This document shows, piece by piece, positions 29,463 through 39,234 of a stretch of DNA of 64,000 nt; the stretch's first letter is position 1, and every line of letters starts with the position of its first letter. Source of the stretch: Bacilli bacterium (GTDB lineage: Bacteria > Bacillota_I > Bacilli_A > RF39 > UBA660); NCBI GenBank assembly GCA_017428485.1, contig JAFRQT010000011.1, positions 7,301 to 71,300 on the forward strand, in the 5' to 3' direction. The translations under genes were made by a program, and so were the position numbers. The notes under the pieces were generated by a model. It was not told the DNA's origin, made no database searches, and saw only the letters and a list, made by a program, of their open reading frames with translations.

Positions 29463-30179
29463 ATGATAAATTTTGTAGTAGTAGATGACAATAAGCAACA
29501 TAGAAAGAAAATATGTGATGTAATCATGAGTAATATGATGTCTAATCAAATTAACTTTAAAATAAATGAATACTCAGATTTCGATAAAAAATTAGTACAA
29601 TATATTGATAATAAAGACCATTTATCTATTTATATTTTAGATTTAGAACTTCCTAATGGTGATGGAATAGATATTGCTAGATTAATCAGAAATAAGGCTA
29701 ATGATTGGAATAGTCCAATCATTATTATTACAGCACATGAATCACTATATTATGAAGTATATAAACAAAGATTACAAATATTAGATTTTATACCAAAAAT
29801 GATTTCAATTGAAAAACCATTATCAGAAGACATAGATATATGTTTAAGAATGTTAAATAAAGATAAAGTATATAGATATACTTATAAAAATATAGCATAT
29901 AATATTAATTTAAATAGTATAAATTATATACAAAGAGATAGTAGAAGAACAAAAATAGTTACTTCAAGTAAAACATATTATCAGAACATTACAATAAATG
30001 AAATTAAAAATTTATTACCTGAATATTTCATTATTTCCGCTAAAGGAACTATATTAAATATGAAAAATGTAAAAGAGACAGATTGGAATAATATGCTTGT
30101 CTATTTCAATGATGGAAGTAAAGATTATTTAATAACAAAAAGTCATAAGAAGGAGATAGAAAAGTATGAAAATAATTGA
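29463..30179 (+). CDS. agrA: AgrA-like LytTR response regulator
   Basis: VVDD, LDLELP.GDGIDIA, ITAH, DFIPK; C-terminal LytTR; agr context. Confidence 0.8.
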   Translation: MINFVVVDDNKQHRKKICDVIMSNMMSNQINFKINEYSDFDKKLVQYIDNKDHLSIYILDLELPNGDGIDIARLIRNKANDWNSPIIIITAHESLYYEVYKQRLQILDFIPKMISIEKPLSEDIDICLRMLNKDKVYRYTYKNIAYNINLNSINYIQRDSRRTKIVTSSKTYYQNITINEIKNLLPEYFIISAKGTILNMKNVKETDWNNMLVYFNDGSKDYLITKSHKKEIEKYENN

Positions 30180-31470
30180 TTGGACTATAATTTCTCTTTT
30201 ATCTATTGTAGCGGTTATAATTCAATTATTTACGTTTAAAGAACTATCTGAAAAAAGTAAAATTAGAATTGGAATATCTAGTATTATATGCATAATTGTC
30301 GATGGAATTATAATAACATATAATTCTTATACGAATGATAGTATCTTACGTGCATTTGTTAGTTTTGCAATTATAATAGTATCGGAGCAATTAATATTTA
30401 AATATAATATAATTAAAACACTAACTTATGGTATAATGTGCTACATATTAGTTGTTGTTAGTGAAATAGTTTTAGATATTATATTACTCACAACAAAATT
30501 AATAAACTTGCAAGCAATAGACCATAATATCTTAGCTAAAGTGTTGTTGTCAATAATAATGGTATTACCAGCATATTTTATTGCAAGAAATAGGCATATT
30601 AAAAATATAACAAGAAAAATAATGCTATTTATTGAAAATTCCATTGTTGCACAGATAATGGCAGCTATATTTTTAGTGGTATCTGTTATACTTGCATTTA
30701 AAAACATTATGTCATTATCTTTTTCAACATACCTTGGTAATTTTGTTTTACTAATTGTATTTATAATATTAATTGTTATAATATTATTTAAAGAGTATAG
30801 GGTAAAAAGAGAACTTACCAATACTAAAATATTGCTAGAGTTTATGTCTAAATATGAACGAAAAATAGATGAAGATAGAATTAATAGACATGAAATGCTA
30901 AACAATTTATTGGTATTGAAGAGTTATAAAAATAAAAATAGCAAAGAATACAATGATACATTAGATGACATAATCGCTAATTATAGCAAGAAAGATGACG
31001 GTATTAAAAATATATACAAATTGCCATCAGGGTTAAAAGGCATAATCTATTATAAGATTAATGAAATCAAGAACAAAAATATAAATATAAATATTAACAT
31101 ATCAAAAATATTATCGAGTTATTTTAAAAAATTAGATAATAAGACATATACTGCTGTATGTAAAATCGTTGGAATAACATTTGATAATGCTATAGAGGCA
31201 TGCATTAACAGCAATGAAAAAATAATAAGATTAGAAGTTTATGAAGAAAATAATACAGTAATAATAGACATCGAAAACACTTTTAACAATATAATAAATA
31301 TTAAAAAGATAAATAATAAAAATTACTCTACTAAGAGTAAAAATAGAGGGCTAGGGCTATATATTGCAAACAACATAATAAATAACAATAGATTGATTGA
31401 TATGAAACAGTATATAGATAATAATTATTTTGTTACAAAGATATTTATCTCAAAACAAAAATCTAGATAA
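30166..31470 (+). CDS. agrC: AgrC-like membrane histidine kinase (GHKL)
   Basis: Six TM segments, RHEMLN H-box, DNAIEA, STK..NRGLGLY. Confidence 0.85.
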   Translation: MKIIDWTIISLLSIVAVIIQLFTFKELSEKSKIRIGISSIICIIVDGIIITYNSYTNDSILRAFVSFAIIIVSEQLIFKYNIIKTLTYGIMCYILVVVSEIVLDIILLTTKLINLQAIDHNILAKVLLSIIMVLPAYFIARNRHIKNITRKIMLFIENSIVAQIMAAIFLVVSVILAFKNIMSLSFSTYLGNFVLLIVFIILIVIILFKEYRVKRELTNTKILLEFMSKYERKIDEDRINRHEMLNNLLVLKSYKNKNSKEYNDTLDDIIANYSKKDDGIKNIYKLPSGLKGIIYYKINEIKNKNINININISKILSSYFKKLDNKTYTAVCKIVGITFDNAIEACINSNEKIIRLEVYEENNTVIIDIENTFNNIINIKKINNKNYSTKSKNRGLGLYIANNIINNNRLIDMKQYIDNNYFVTKIFISKQKSR

Positions 31471-31489
31471 GAAGTCATCTAGATTTTTT
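31457..31489. terminator. bidirectional terminator between agrC and agrD
   Basis: aaaaatctagat-N8-atctagattttt. Confidence 0.7.
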
Positions 31490-31495
31490 AATTAA

Positions 31496-31612
31496 TTATA
31501 ATAATGATTCTGGCATTTCAGGTTCATCAACAAACACAATTATGCATCCTGCACTAGCAGTAGCGGCAACTAATGCTCCTAGAAAAGCAGCAACACTTGC
31601 AAATAATTTCAT
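31496..31612 (-). CDS. agrD: cyclic lactone autoinducer precursor AgrD, MKLFASVAAFLGALVAATASAGCIIVFVDEPEMPESLL
   Basis: ATG overlaps the agrB stop (ATGA); AAGGAGG RBS; amphipathic leader, Cys, DEPEMP tail. Confidence 0.9.
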   Translation of the reverse strand: MKLFASVAAFLGALVAATASAGCIIVFVDEPEMPESLL

Positions 31613-32214
31613 TTTGTACCTCCTTTCTTATAACTCTTATAGTTATCGTATTTAAGCCCTAATAGTTTATAACTAATAGGTAGTATCATTATACTTTGCA
31701 TAATTATTGCAAAGACTATTGAATTACAAATAATATAATTTGTATAAAAGGTAAGTATAAAATATATGATAGTTATTATTAAAGTAATAACTTTAAATGC
31801 TATTCTTTTATTTTTATGAACCAGTGGTCTTTTTTCTGTATCGGCGGGAGCATATAATATAAATAGAATGCCACATGCTATAAAAATAATATTAATAATT
31901 ATTCTTTTAATTATTAATATCTTAATTAGAAATGGTATAAGAGTAAAGAGTGTTAGTGATAATACCCAACAATGCCATGCTTTTTTAGCATGCAATCCGA
32001 ATCCTGCTAACCTAATAATCGAATAGAATAATATAAAATACAGTAGTTCTTTAATAGTGCCAATTATTAATGAAATGATAATTAAAATGATAAATTTAGT
32101 AATTGTTAAATAAATTGTTTCTAGACCATATTGTATTTCTTTTAGTTTAATTTCATCATAATTATAGTTTTGAGAAATATTTCTCATTATTTTATTAACA
32201 ATCATTTTTTTCAT
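31609..32214 (-). CDS. agrB: accessory gene regulator B
   Basis: IQYG, R..GFGLHA...C, YAPAD..RP. Confidence 0.9.
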   Translation of the reverse strand: MKKMIVNKIMRNISQNYNYDEIKLKEIQYGLETIYLTITKFIILIIISLIIGTIKELLYFILFYSIIRLAGFGLHAKKAWHCWVLSLTLFTLIPFLIKILIIKRIIINIIFIACGILFILYAPADTEKRPLVHKNKRIAFKVITLIITIIYFILTFYTNYIICNSIVFAIIMQSIMILPISYKLLGLKYDNYKSYKKGGTK

Positions 32215-32457
32215 TTGAACTACCTCTCTATAATAGAATAAAATAATTAATAAATATTTTTTTATTATTTGTTTGAATATTGTTTTTTGTTGTCTAAAAC
32301 TAATTTTTAAGTTTTAAATAAATCATATTATCTACTTAGTGACAAAAAACATTAATTTAATGACAAACATAAGAATAATGTCGAATTTTTGGGTATGCTT
32401 TTAATTGTGCACAAAAAATAGAAGTATTATTATTAAACTAAGAAGGGACGGTGTTAT

Positions 32458-32679
32458 ATGAGTAGAGGTCGTGTGAAATGGTTTAATAATGAAAAAGGAT
32501 ACGGATTTATCGAATATGAAGGACTAGTAGATGAAGACATCTTTGTTCATTATTCTTCAATTGAACAAGAAGGCTATAAGACTTTAAAAGAAGGCGAGAT
32601 TGTAGAATTTACTTTAATTGAAACTGCCAAAGGCAATCAAGCAATCAATGTAAAAGAAGTCGCAATGACAGCAATTTAA
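32458..32679 (+). CDS. cspA: cold-shock protein
   Basis: [27 protein letters not shown]. Confidence 0.93.
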   Translation: MSRGRVKWFNNEKGYGFIEYEGLVDEDIFVHYSSIEQEGYKTLKEGEIVEFTLIETAKGNQAINVKEVAMTAI

Positions 32680-32772
32680 TAAAATACACTTAGGTGTATT
32701 TTTTTGTAAAATTTTTGTGAAATTGTGGAATAAAATATATAATTATGATACTCTTATATTAGGAGGAATGAT

Positions 32773-33303
32773 ATGAAATACAATATCCGTGGTAACAAGT
32801 TAGAAGTTACTGATGCTATTAACGAATACATCAAAAATAAATTATCTAAAGTAAATAAATACTTGGATGATAATGATGAAGTTGAGGCAAAAGCATTAAT
32901 ATCTGCGAAAGGAAAAGAACAAAAAGTTGAAGTAACTATTTGGAGCGGAAAATACAATATAAGAGCTGAAGAAGTTAATGAAGATTTATATGCCGCTATA
33001 GATTTAGTTATTGATAAACTTGAAAAACAATTTAGAAGATATAAAGATAAAATAACTACAAAAAAGAATAAAACTGGTGCATCTGTTCCAGATTTAGAAA
33101 TAGAAGAATATTTTGAAGAGGATGAACAATCAATTGTAAGGAGAAAAGAAGTTTTCTTAAAACCAATTGATGAGGAAGAAGCTATAACTCAAATGGAACT
33201 TTTAGGGCATACATTCTTTGTATTTAAAAATGTAGATACAGGTAAGATAAATGTTGTTTATAAAAGGAATGACGGAGATTATGGAATTATAGAAGCAAAC
33301 TAG
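32773..33303 (+). CDS. hpf: ribosome hibernation promoting factor (long HPF)
   Basis: EVTDAI, DLYAAID, EEAITQMELLGHTFF, YKR.DG.YG. Confidence 0.93.
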   Translation: MKYNIRGNKLEVTDAINEYIKNKLSKVNKYLDDNDEVEAKALISAKGKEQKVEVTIWSGKYNIRAEEVNEDLYAAIDLVIDKLEKQFRRYKDKITTKKNKTGASVPDLEIEEYFEEDEQSIVRRKEVFLKPIDEEEAITQMELLGHTFFVFKNVDTGKINVVYKRNDGDYGIIEAN

Positions 33304-33364
33304 AAAAGTGATTATTCACTTTTCTTTTTTTCTTTGTTATAATATTTGTTATGGAGATGATGAT

Positions 33365-35854
33365 ATGGGCTTATTTAAAAACTTATTTGATTATGAAACA
33401 AAAGAATTAAAAAGAATAAATAAATTAGTAGATCAAATTGAAGCTTTAGATGAAGAAATGCAAAAAATTAAAGATACTGAATTTAAAGCTAAAACTGAAG
33501 AATTTAAAAAAAGACTTCAAAATGGTGAAACATTAGATGATATATTAATTGAAGCTTTCGCTTTAGCAAGAGAAGCATGTTATAGAGCTTTAGGAGAAAA
33601 ACCTTTTAGAGTTCAATTGATAGGTGGAGTAGCAATTCATAGAGGTAATATTGCTGAAATGAAAACTGGTGAAGGAAAAACATTAACAACAGTACTTCCC
33701 GCTTATTTAAATGCTCTTGAAGGTAAAGGTGTTCATGTTATAACAACTAATGAATATTTATCAACTCGTAATGCTGAATGGATGGGTCCTATCTATGACT
33801 TACTTGGTGTAACAGTCGGAATAAATATTAGAGAAAAATCTCCACGTGAAAAGCAAGAAGCATATAATGCAGATATTACATATACAACTAATAATGAACT
33901 TGGATTTGATTATCTAAGAGATAATATGGTTGTTCACAGAGAAAATAGAACACAAAGAGGTCTTAATTTTGCTATTATAGATGAAGTTGATTCAATTTTA
34001 ATAGATGAAGCTAGAACTCCGTTAATTATATCTGGTGGTGTCGCTAAAACAGCTAATGTATACAAAGAAGCAGATAGAGTAGCAAAAGCATTAAAAATAG
34101 ATGATTATGTTTTAGATGAAAAAACTAAAAAAGTTACTCTTACTGAAGAGGGAGTTCATAATGCAGAAAAACTTCTTCACCTAGACAACTTATTTGATAT
34201 TAAAAATAGTGTAATGGTACATAATTTAGATAAAGCACTTGCTGCTAATTACGCATTTAAAAAAGATGTAGATTATGTAGTCGAAAATGATAAAGTTATT
34301 ATAGTAGACACATTTACTGGAAGACTTATGCATGGACGTCAATTTAGTGAAGGACTTCATCAAGCATTAGAAGCAAAAGAAAATGTTACTATTAATGAAG
34401 AAACTAAAACTTTAGCAACTATTACATTCCAAAATTTATTTAGAATGTATAATAAACTTTCTGGTATGACCGGTACTGCTAAAACAGAAGAAGAAGAATT
34501 TCAAAATATATATAATACATATGTTGTGTGTATACCAACAAATAAACCAGTTATTCGTGATGATCAAGTTGACTTAATATATTCCTCATTAAATGGTAAG
34601 TTTAGAGCGGTAGTTAATGTAGTAAAAGAAATACACTCAACTGGTAGGCCGGTATTAGTAGGTGTTGCATCTGTAGAAACAAGTGAGCTTGTAAGTCAAT
34701 TGTTAAATAAAGCTGGTATTAAGCATGAATTATTAAATGCTAAAAACCATGAGCGTGAAGCTCATATTATTGAAGGCGCTGGTAAAAAAGGTGCAGTTAC
34801 AATTGCAACAAATATGGCTGGTCGTGGAACTGATATTAAACTGGGAGAAGGGGTCCGTGAGTTAGGTGGATTATTTGTAATAGGTACTGAAAGACATGAT
34901 TCAAGACGTATAGATAATCAACTTCGTGGTAGAGCTGGTCGTCAAGGTGATCCAGGAACGACAAGATTCTTTGTATCTATGGAAGATGACTTGATGATGA
35001 AGTTTGGTTCTGAAAGAATGAAAGCAGTAATGACTAACTTAGGAATCAAAGAAGACCAAGCAATATCAAATAAATTCATTTCTAATAGTATTGAATCTGC
35101 TCAAAAGAAAGTTGAAGGTTTTAACTTCGATAGAAGAAAAGCATTACTTGATTATGATAATGTTATTTCTAAACAAAGAGAAATAATATATGAAAGACGT
35201 AATGAAATATTAGATCAAGAAAGTATTAGAGATAGAGTACTTGAAACATTCAGAGAATTTGTTAATAATCAAATAACATCACATTTAACTGAAAACACAT
35301 TAACAGATAATGATATTAACAATATAATGGAACAATTTAATTCACACCTATTGAAAAGAAAGAAATTAAAGAAAGATGATTTTAAAAACAAATCAAATGA
35401 AGAAATATGTGATTATATTTATAATATTGTTATAGATGATTATAAAAAGAAATTAGAAGATATACCGCAAGAAATACAAAATGATTTTGAAAAATCAATT
35501 TCACTTCGTATAATCGATAAATATTGGATGGATCAATTGGATGCTATGGAAGAATTAAAAGAAGGTGTAGGACTAAGGGGTTATGCACAAAGTAATCCAC
35601 TTCAAGTTTATGCTTTAGAAGGATTCCAAATGTTTGATAATATGTTAGCTTCAATATCTGCAGAAATATCTTCATTCTTACTAAATGCTGAAGTAAGACA
35701 AAATACTGAAAGAGAAGAAGTTAAAAATATCAGAACTAATGATGGAAAAGAAGGCGTAAAGGCAAAACCTAAAAAGTCTGAAAAGAAAATAGGCAGAAAT
35801 GATCCTTGCCCATGTGGGTCAGGTAAGAAATACAAACAATGCCACGGAAAATAA
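33365..35854 (+). CDS. secA: preprotein translocase subunit SecA
   Basis: MKTGEGKT, DEVDSILIDEARTPLIISG, GMTGTA, NQLRGRAGRQGD, SEC-C GRNDPCPCGSGKKYKQCHG. Confidence 0.99.
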   Translation: MGLFKNLFDYETKELKRINKLVDQIEALDEEMQKIKDTEFKAKTEEFKKRLQNGETLDDILIEAFALAREACYRALGEKPFRVQLIGGVAIHRGNIAEMKTGEGKTLTTVLPAYLNALEGKGVHVITTNEYLSTRNAEWMGPIYDLLGVTVGINIREKSPREKQEAYNADITYTTNNELGFDYLRDNMVVHRENRTQRGLNFAIIDEVDSILIDEARTPLIISGGVAKTANVYKEADRVAKALKIDDYVLDEKTKKVTLTEEGVHNAEKLLHLDNLFDIKNSVMVHNLDKALAANYAFKKDVDYVVENDKVIIVDTFTGRLMHGRQFSEGLHQALEAKENVTINEETKTLATITFQNLFRMYNKLSGMTGTAKTEEEEFQNIYNTYVVCIPTNKPVIRDDQVDLIYSSLNGKFRAVVNVVKEIHSTGRPVLVGVASVETSELVSQLLNKAGIKHELLNAKNHEREAHIIEGAGKKGAVTIATNMAGRGTDIKLGEGVRELGGLFVIGTERHDSRRIDNQLRGRAGRQGDPGTTRFFVSMEDDLMMKFGSERMKAVMTNLGIKEDQAISNKFISNSIESAQKKVEGFNFDRRKALLDYDNVISKQREIIYERRNEILDQESIRDRVLETFREFVNNQITSHLTENTLTDNDINNIMEQFNSHLLKRKKLKKDDFKNKSNEEICDYIYNIVIDDYKKKLEDIPQEIQNDFEKSISLRIIDKYWMDQLDAMEELKEGVGLRGYAQSNPLQVYALEGFQMFDNMLASISAEISSFLLNAEVRQNTEREEVKNIRTNDGKEGVKAKPKKSEKKIGRNDPCPCGSGKKYKQCHGK

Positions 35855-35891
35855 GAAAAATCAAGTAATTCTAAATTAGAAAATTAATAAA

Positions 35892-35932
35892 TTGTCATCC
35901 ATTTGTCATCCTAAACAAAAAACGGATGACAA
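35892..35932. repeat. arm-type repeat cluster TTGTCATCC x2 plus inverted copy
   Basis: ttgtcatcc at 35892 and 35903; ggatgacaa at 35924. Confidence 0.75.
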
Positions 35933-35956
35933 AATGTATACTGGAGGAGTAATAAT

Positions 35957-36583
35957 ATGATAAATGAAAAATTAAAGAGATACATTGAAGATAACATTTT
36001 GCCTCTTTATGATAATAACTTTATTGGTGATGGAAGAGATAGGGTATATTATGTTATAAATCGCAGCTATCAAATAATAGAAGAAAATAATTTAGATATA
36101 GATTGGAATATTTTATATACTGCAATAAGTTATCATGATATAAGAACAAATAATGAAGAAAAAGATCATGAATTAATTAGTGCTGAGATAATGTACAATG
36201 ATGATTTTTTAAAAGTTTTTTTTAGCGAAGAAGATAGATTAATAATAAAAGAAGCTATTGAAGATCAAAGAGCAAAATTAGGGAATGAGCCAAGAAATAT
36301 TTATGGTAAAATTCTATCTTCTGCGTCTAGAAATTCTTCAGTGGAGCAATGTTTAGAAAGATCTTATAATTATGGAAAAAAGAAAAATCCTAATGCAACG
36401 GATGAAGAAATATTCGAAGGTGCTTATAATGCTCTATTAGGCAAATTCGGGAAGGATGGAAAAGCCAATTTCTTTTTCAGAGATACCACTTATGAACAGT
36501 TTTTACATGATATAAGAGAATTATTATCTGATAAAGATAAATTTATAGAAAAACAAAGAAAATATATTTTAAAAATGAAATAA
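35957..36583 (+). CDS. degenerate HD-domain protein (paralogue of the next gene)
   Basis: Aligns with the N-half of 36597; keeps YHDI but has GDGRDR, EDQRA and SASRN in place of GHNLDH, HDHRA and SADRN. Confidence 0.7.
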   Translation: MINEKLKRYIEDNILPLYDNNFIGDGRDRVYYVINRSYQIIEENNLDIDWNILYTAISYHDIRTNNEEKDHELISAEIMYNDDFLKVFFSEEDRLIIKEAIEDQRAKLGNEPRNIYGKILSSASRNSSVEQCLERSYNYGKKKNPNATDEEIFEGAYNALLGKFGKDGKANFFFRDTTYEQFLHDIRELLSDKDKFIEKQRKYILKMK

Positions 36584-36596
36584 GAGGTAGAATAAT

Positions 36597-37718
36597 ATGC
36601 AAATAAATAAAAAACTACAGGAATATATTGAAAATAATATATTTCCTAGCTATGAGAAGAATGATTTGGGTCATAATTTAGATCATATCAAATATGTAAT
36701 TGAAAGAAGTTTTAAATTCATAAAAGAAAATAATTTAGATGTAGATTACAACATGGTTTATGTGATAGCTGCTTATCATGATATAGGTCATTATATTGAT
36801 GCCAAAAATCACGAAAAAGTTTCAGCAATTATGTTATTAGCAGATGATAATTTAAAGCAGTTTTTCAATGAGGAACAAATAAGGATTATGGCTGAAGCAG
36901 TTCATGATCATAGAGCAAGTCTGGCAAAAAAAGGAAAAAGGCCAAGAAGTATTTATGGTGAAATTGTATCTTCTGCAGATAGAAATACATTAATTGAAGT
37001 TCCTCTTAAAAGAACATATGCTTACAGAATGGAACACAGCCCAGGTGCTACTCTTGATGAAATAATAGAAGAATCAAGACAGCATATAATTGACAAATTT
37101 GGTAAAGTAGGATATGCAACAGATGCAATGTATTTTGAAGACTTAGATTATAAAAAGTTTTTAGAGGATATTCCAGCACTTGTAGAAAATAAAGAAGAAT
37201 TTAGAAGAAGATTCATTGAAGTAAATAATATCTCTCTTGATAAAAAACCAGAAAGAGAAAAGTTTTTATCATCAATTTATTTAATAATTAAAAATGAAAA
37301 TGGAGAAGTTTTACTTCAAAGAAGACAAGGAACAAAATTATGGCCTGGTTATCTTGCTTTGCCAGCTGGACATATAGATCAAGGTGAAAATGCATATGAG
37401 GCAGCTATAAGAGAAGCAAGAGAAGAATTAGGAATAGAAATAGCTACTAATGATATTGTGAATACTTTTGTTGCTAATAGAAAAAATAAATCATTACCTC
37501 CATATTATGATGTATATTTTGAAATATCAAAGTATGTAGGAAAAATTAAAATAGCTGAACCAGAAAAGTGTTCTGAATTAGTATGGTGTAGTCCAATTAA
37601 TCTACCTGATGATATGATAGACTTTGAAAAAGAAGCAATGGAAAATAATGCTAATGGTATAAAATTTAGTGTTACTTATGCTGACAATGAAAAGAAGTTA
37701 GTAAAAACTAAAAAATAG
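36597..37718 (+). CDS. HD-domain + Nudix hydrolase fusion
   Basis: GHNLDH, YHDIG, HDHRAS, SADR; Nudix box GHIDQGENAYEAAIREAREELG. Confidence 0.85.
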   Translation: MQINKKLQEYIENNIFPSYEKNDLGHNLDHIKYVIERSFKFIKENNLDVDYNMVYVIAAYHDIGHYIDAKNHEKVSAIMLLADDNLKQFFNEEQIRIMAEAVHDHRASLAKKGKRPRSIYGEIVSSADRNTLIEVPLKRTYAYRMEHSPGATLDEIIEESRQHIIDKFGKVGYATDAMYFEDLDYKKFLEDIPALVENKEEFRRRFIEVNNISLDKKPEREKFLSSIYLIIKNENGEVLLQRRQGTKLWPGYLALPAGHIDQGENAYEAAIREAREELGIEIATNDIVNTFVANRKNKSLPPYYDVYFEISKYVGKIKIAEPEKCSELVWCSPINLPDDMIDFEKEAMENNANGIKFSVTYADNEKKLVKTKK

Positions 37719-37751
37719 ATTATTTAGAAAAATATACAAGTAGGTGATATT

Positions 37752-38071
37752 TTGAATAAGCAAATAGGTGATGAACACAATATAATTTTTTATACAGATG
37801 AAGATAATAATATTAAAGTTGAAGTATTGCTTGAAAATGAAGATGTATGGTTAACCCAAAATGCTTTAGCAAAATTATTTGATACAACGCGAAATAATAT
37901 TACACTTCATATTGGAAATATATATAAAGAAGAAGAACTTGAAGAAAAATTAACTAGTAAGGATTCCTTACTAGTTCAAATTGAAGGTAATAGAAGTGTT
38001 AAAAGAAATGTAAAAATATACAATCTTGATATGATAATTTCTATGAAATAGATAAATTAGAAAAAGAATAA
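37752..38071 (+). pseudogene. RhuM-family gene with an internal deletion
   Basis: VWLTQ..LA.LF...NIT.HI.NIY...YNLDMIIS then breaks; out-of-frame EIDKLEKE-stop follows. Confidence 0.7.
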
Positions 38072-38074
38072 AAA

Positions 38075-38106
38075 TAAAATAATCGTCATATTAAGATATT
38101 ACGATG
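38075..38106 (+). repeat. post-stop-codon motif, copy 1
   Basis: taaaataatcgtcatattaagatattacgatg. Confidence 0.65.
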
Positions 38107-38248
38107 TGCGGAATGTTTCATCTTTCAAGAACATTCAAAAGGTAGAAAAATTAATTTTCTATCTTTTTTTATTTGTCAGTAAAAAAATGTAAAAAAGTGT
38201 GTTATAATAAAATTGTTAATAAACTATATTAATGTGAGGAGAAATTTT

Positions 38249-38653
38249 ATGAAAAGGATAATATTGTGTTTAGTAATAATTATAGGAGTATTAGCTATAA
38301 CTGGTTGTGGTAATAAAGCAACAGAAAATGAATCAAATAAAAGTATAATTATCTCAGATGTAGATAAAGGTACAAGATGGGAAGCTATAACAAACTATGA
38401 TATAACATTAGAATTTAAAGATGGCAAATGTGTTTCAGAAAACTTTAGATTAAAATTTTTGAAGGAAAGTAATGCGATTGTTTATGGTATGGAAATGGAA
38501 GGTCAATCTTATATAGAGGATTATAAACAAGAAGGAAATATTGTTACTTATAAGCGTACTGGAATAAATAATGAATTTTATGATAGAACAATTGATGAAG
38601 CATATGATATTGCAAAAAAATTGTATTCAAGTGCAACGATAACAAAAAAATAA
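38249..38653 (+). CDS. lipoprotein of unknown function
   Basis: MKRIIL...lipobox ITGC. Confidence 0.8.
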   Translation: MKRIILCLVIIIGVLAITGCGNKATENESNKSIIISDVDKGTRWEAITNYDITLEFKDGKCVSENFRLKFLKESNAIVYGMEMEGQSYIEDYKQEGNIVTYKRTGINNEFYDRTIDEAYDIAKKLYSSATITKK

Positions 38654-38683
38654 AAGTAATCGCACTATTAAGATATTCTGATT
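38651..38683 (+). repeat. post-stop-codon motif, copy 2
   Basis: taaaagtaatcgcactattaagatattctgatt. Confidence 0.6.
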
Positions 38684-38971
38684 AATGAGAGGATAGAAAT
38701 ATTCTCTTTTTCTTTACTTTTCTTGTTTTATAGTATAATTTACTTAGTTATGAAAGAAAGAACACCTTTTATAACCTAGAAAAATCGTTGTTTAAAAATT
38801 AAAACGAATGCAAACAATGTTTGTAATTAGTTTGTAAACTGTAAAATATTGATAGTAACATAAATACTATAAATAACATATATACTAAATGTTACTTGAC
38901 CCACAAACACTTGAAATAACAATAATAACACAAATACTATATGTACCATATATACTAAAAGTGTATGAGCA

Positions 38972-39013
38972 TGTGGCAGTGGACGCAAGTATAAAATGTG
39001 CCACGGTAAATAA
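38972..39013 (+). repeat. secA 3'-end copy 2 (CGSGRKYKMCHGK-stop), putative att junction
   Basis: tgtggcagtggacgcaagtataaaatgtgccacggtaaataa, followed by a GC-rich hairpin. Confidence 0.85.
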
Positions 39014-39095
39014 GCCTGCAAGCCCGCATAAAATAAAGGGCTGCGGGCTTTTTACTACTTACATTTTTTAGGTAATTTCACCTTAAAAAAGGCGT

Positions 39096-39115
39096 TTAGA
39101 TAAGTTTTAGATAAG
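39096..39115 (+). repeat. arm-type direct repeat TTAGATAAG x2
   Basis: Copies at 39096 and 39107; the same pair recurs at 40060/40072. Confidence 0.8.
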
Positions 39116-39234
39116 TTTTTTTTGTGATTTGGAGTATTTTTAAAACTCTAAAAACAAATTATATTCCAAACTGTTGCTGGCATTAGAATAATAAGAGCTG
39201 TGGTATAATTAATATGAAGTGGGAGGTACTATAT

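Noticed and set aside
30441-30905. 154-aa antisense ORF in agrC (likewise 56587-57054, 57481-57867 and other short antisense ORFs)
   Set aside because: They fully overlap well-supported genes on the opposite strand, with low-complexity shadow composition.
38827-39071. ORF-track 60-64 aa ORFs across the att junction
   Set aside because: No RBS or motif; the meaningful signal is the secA-tail copy in another frame.
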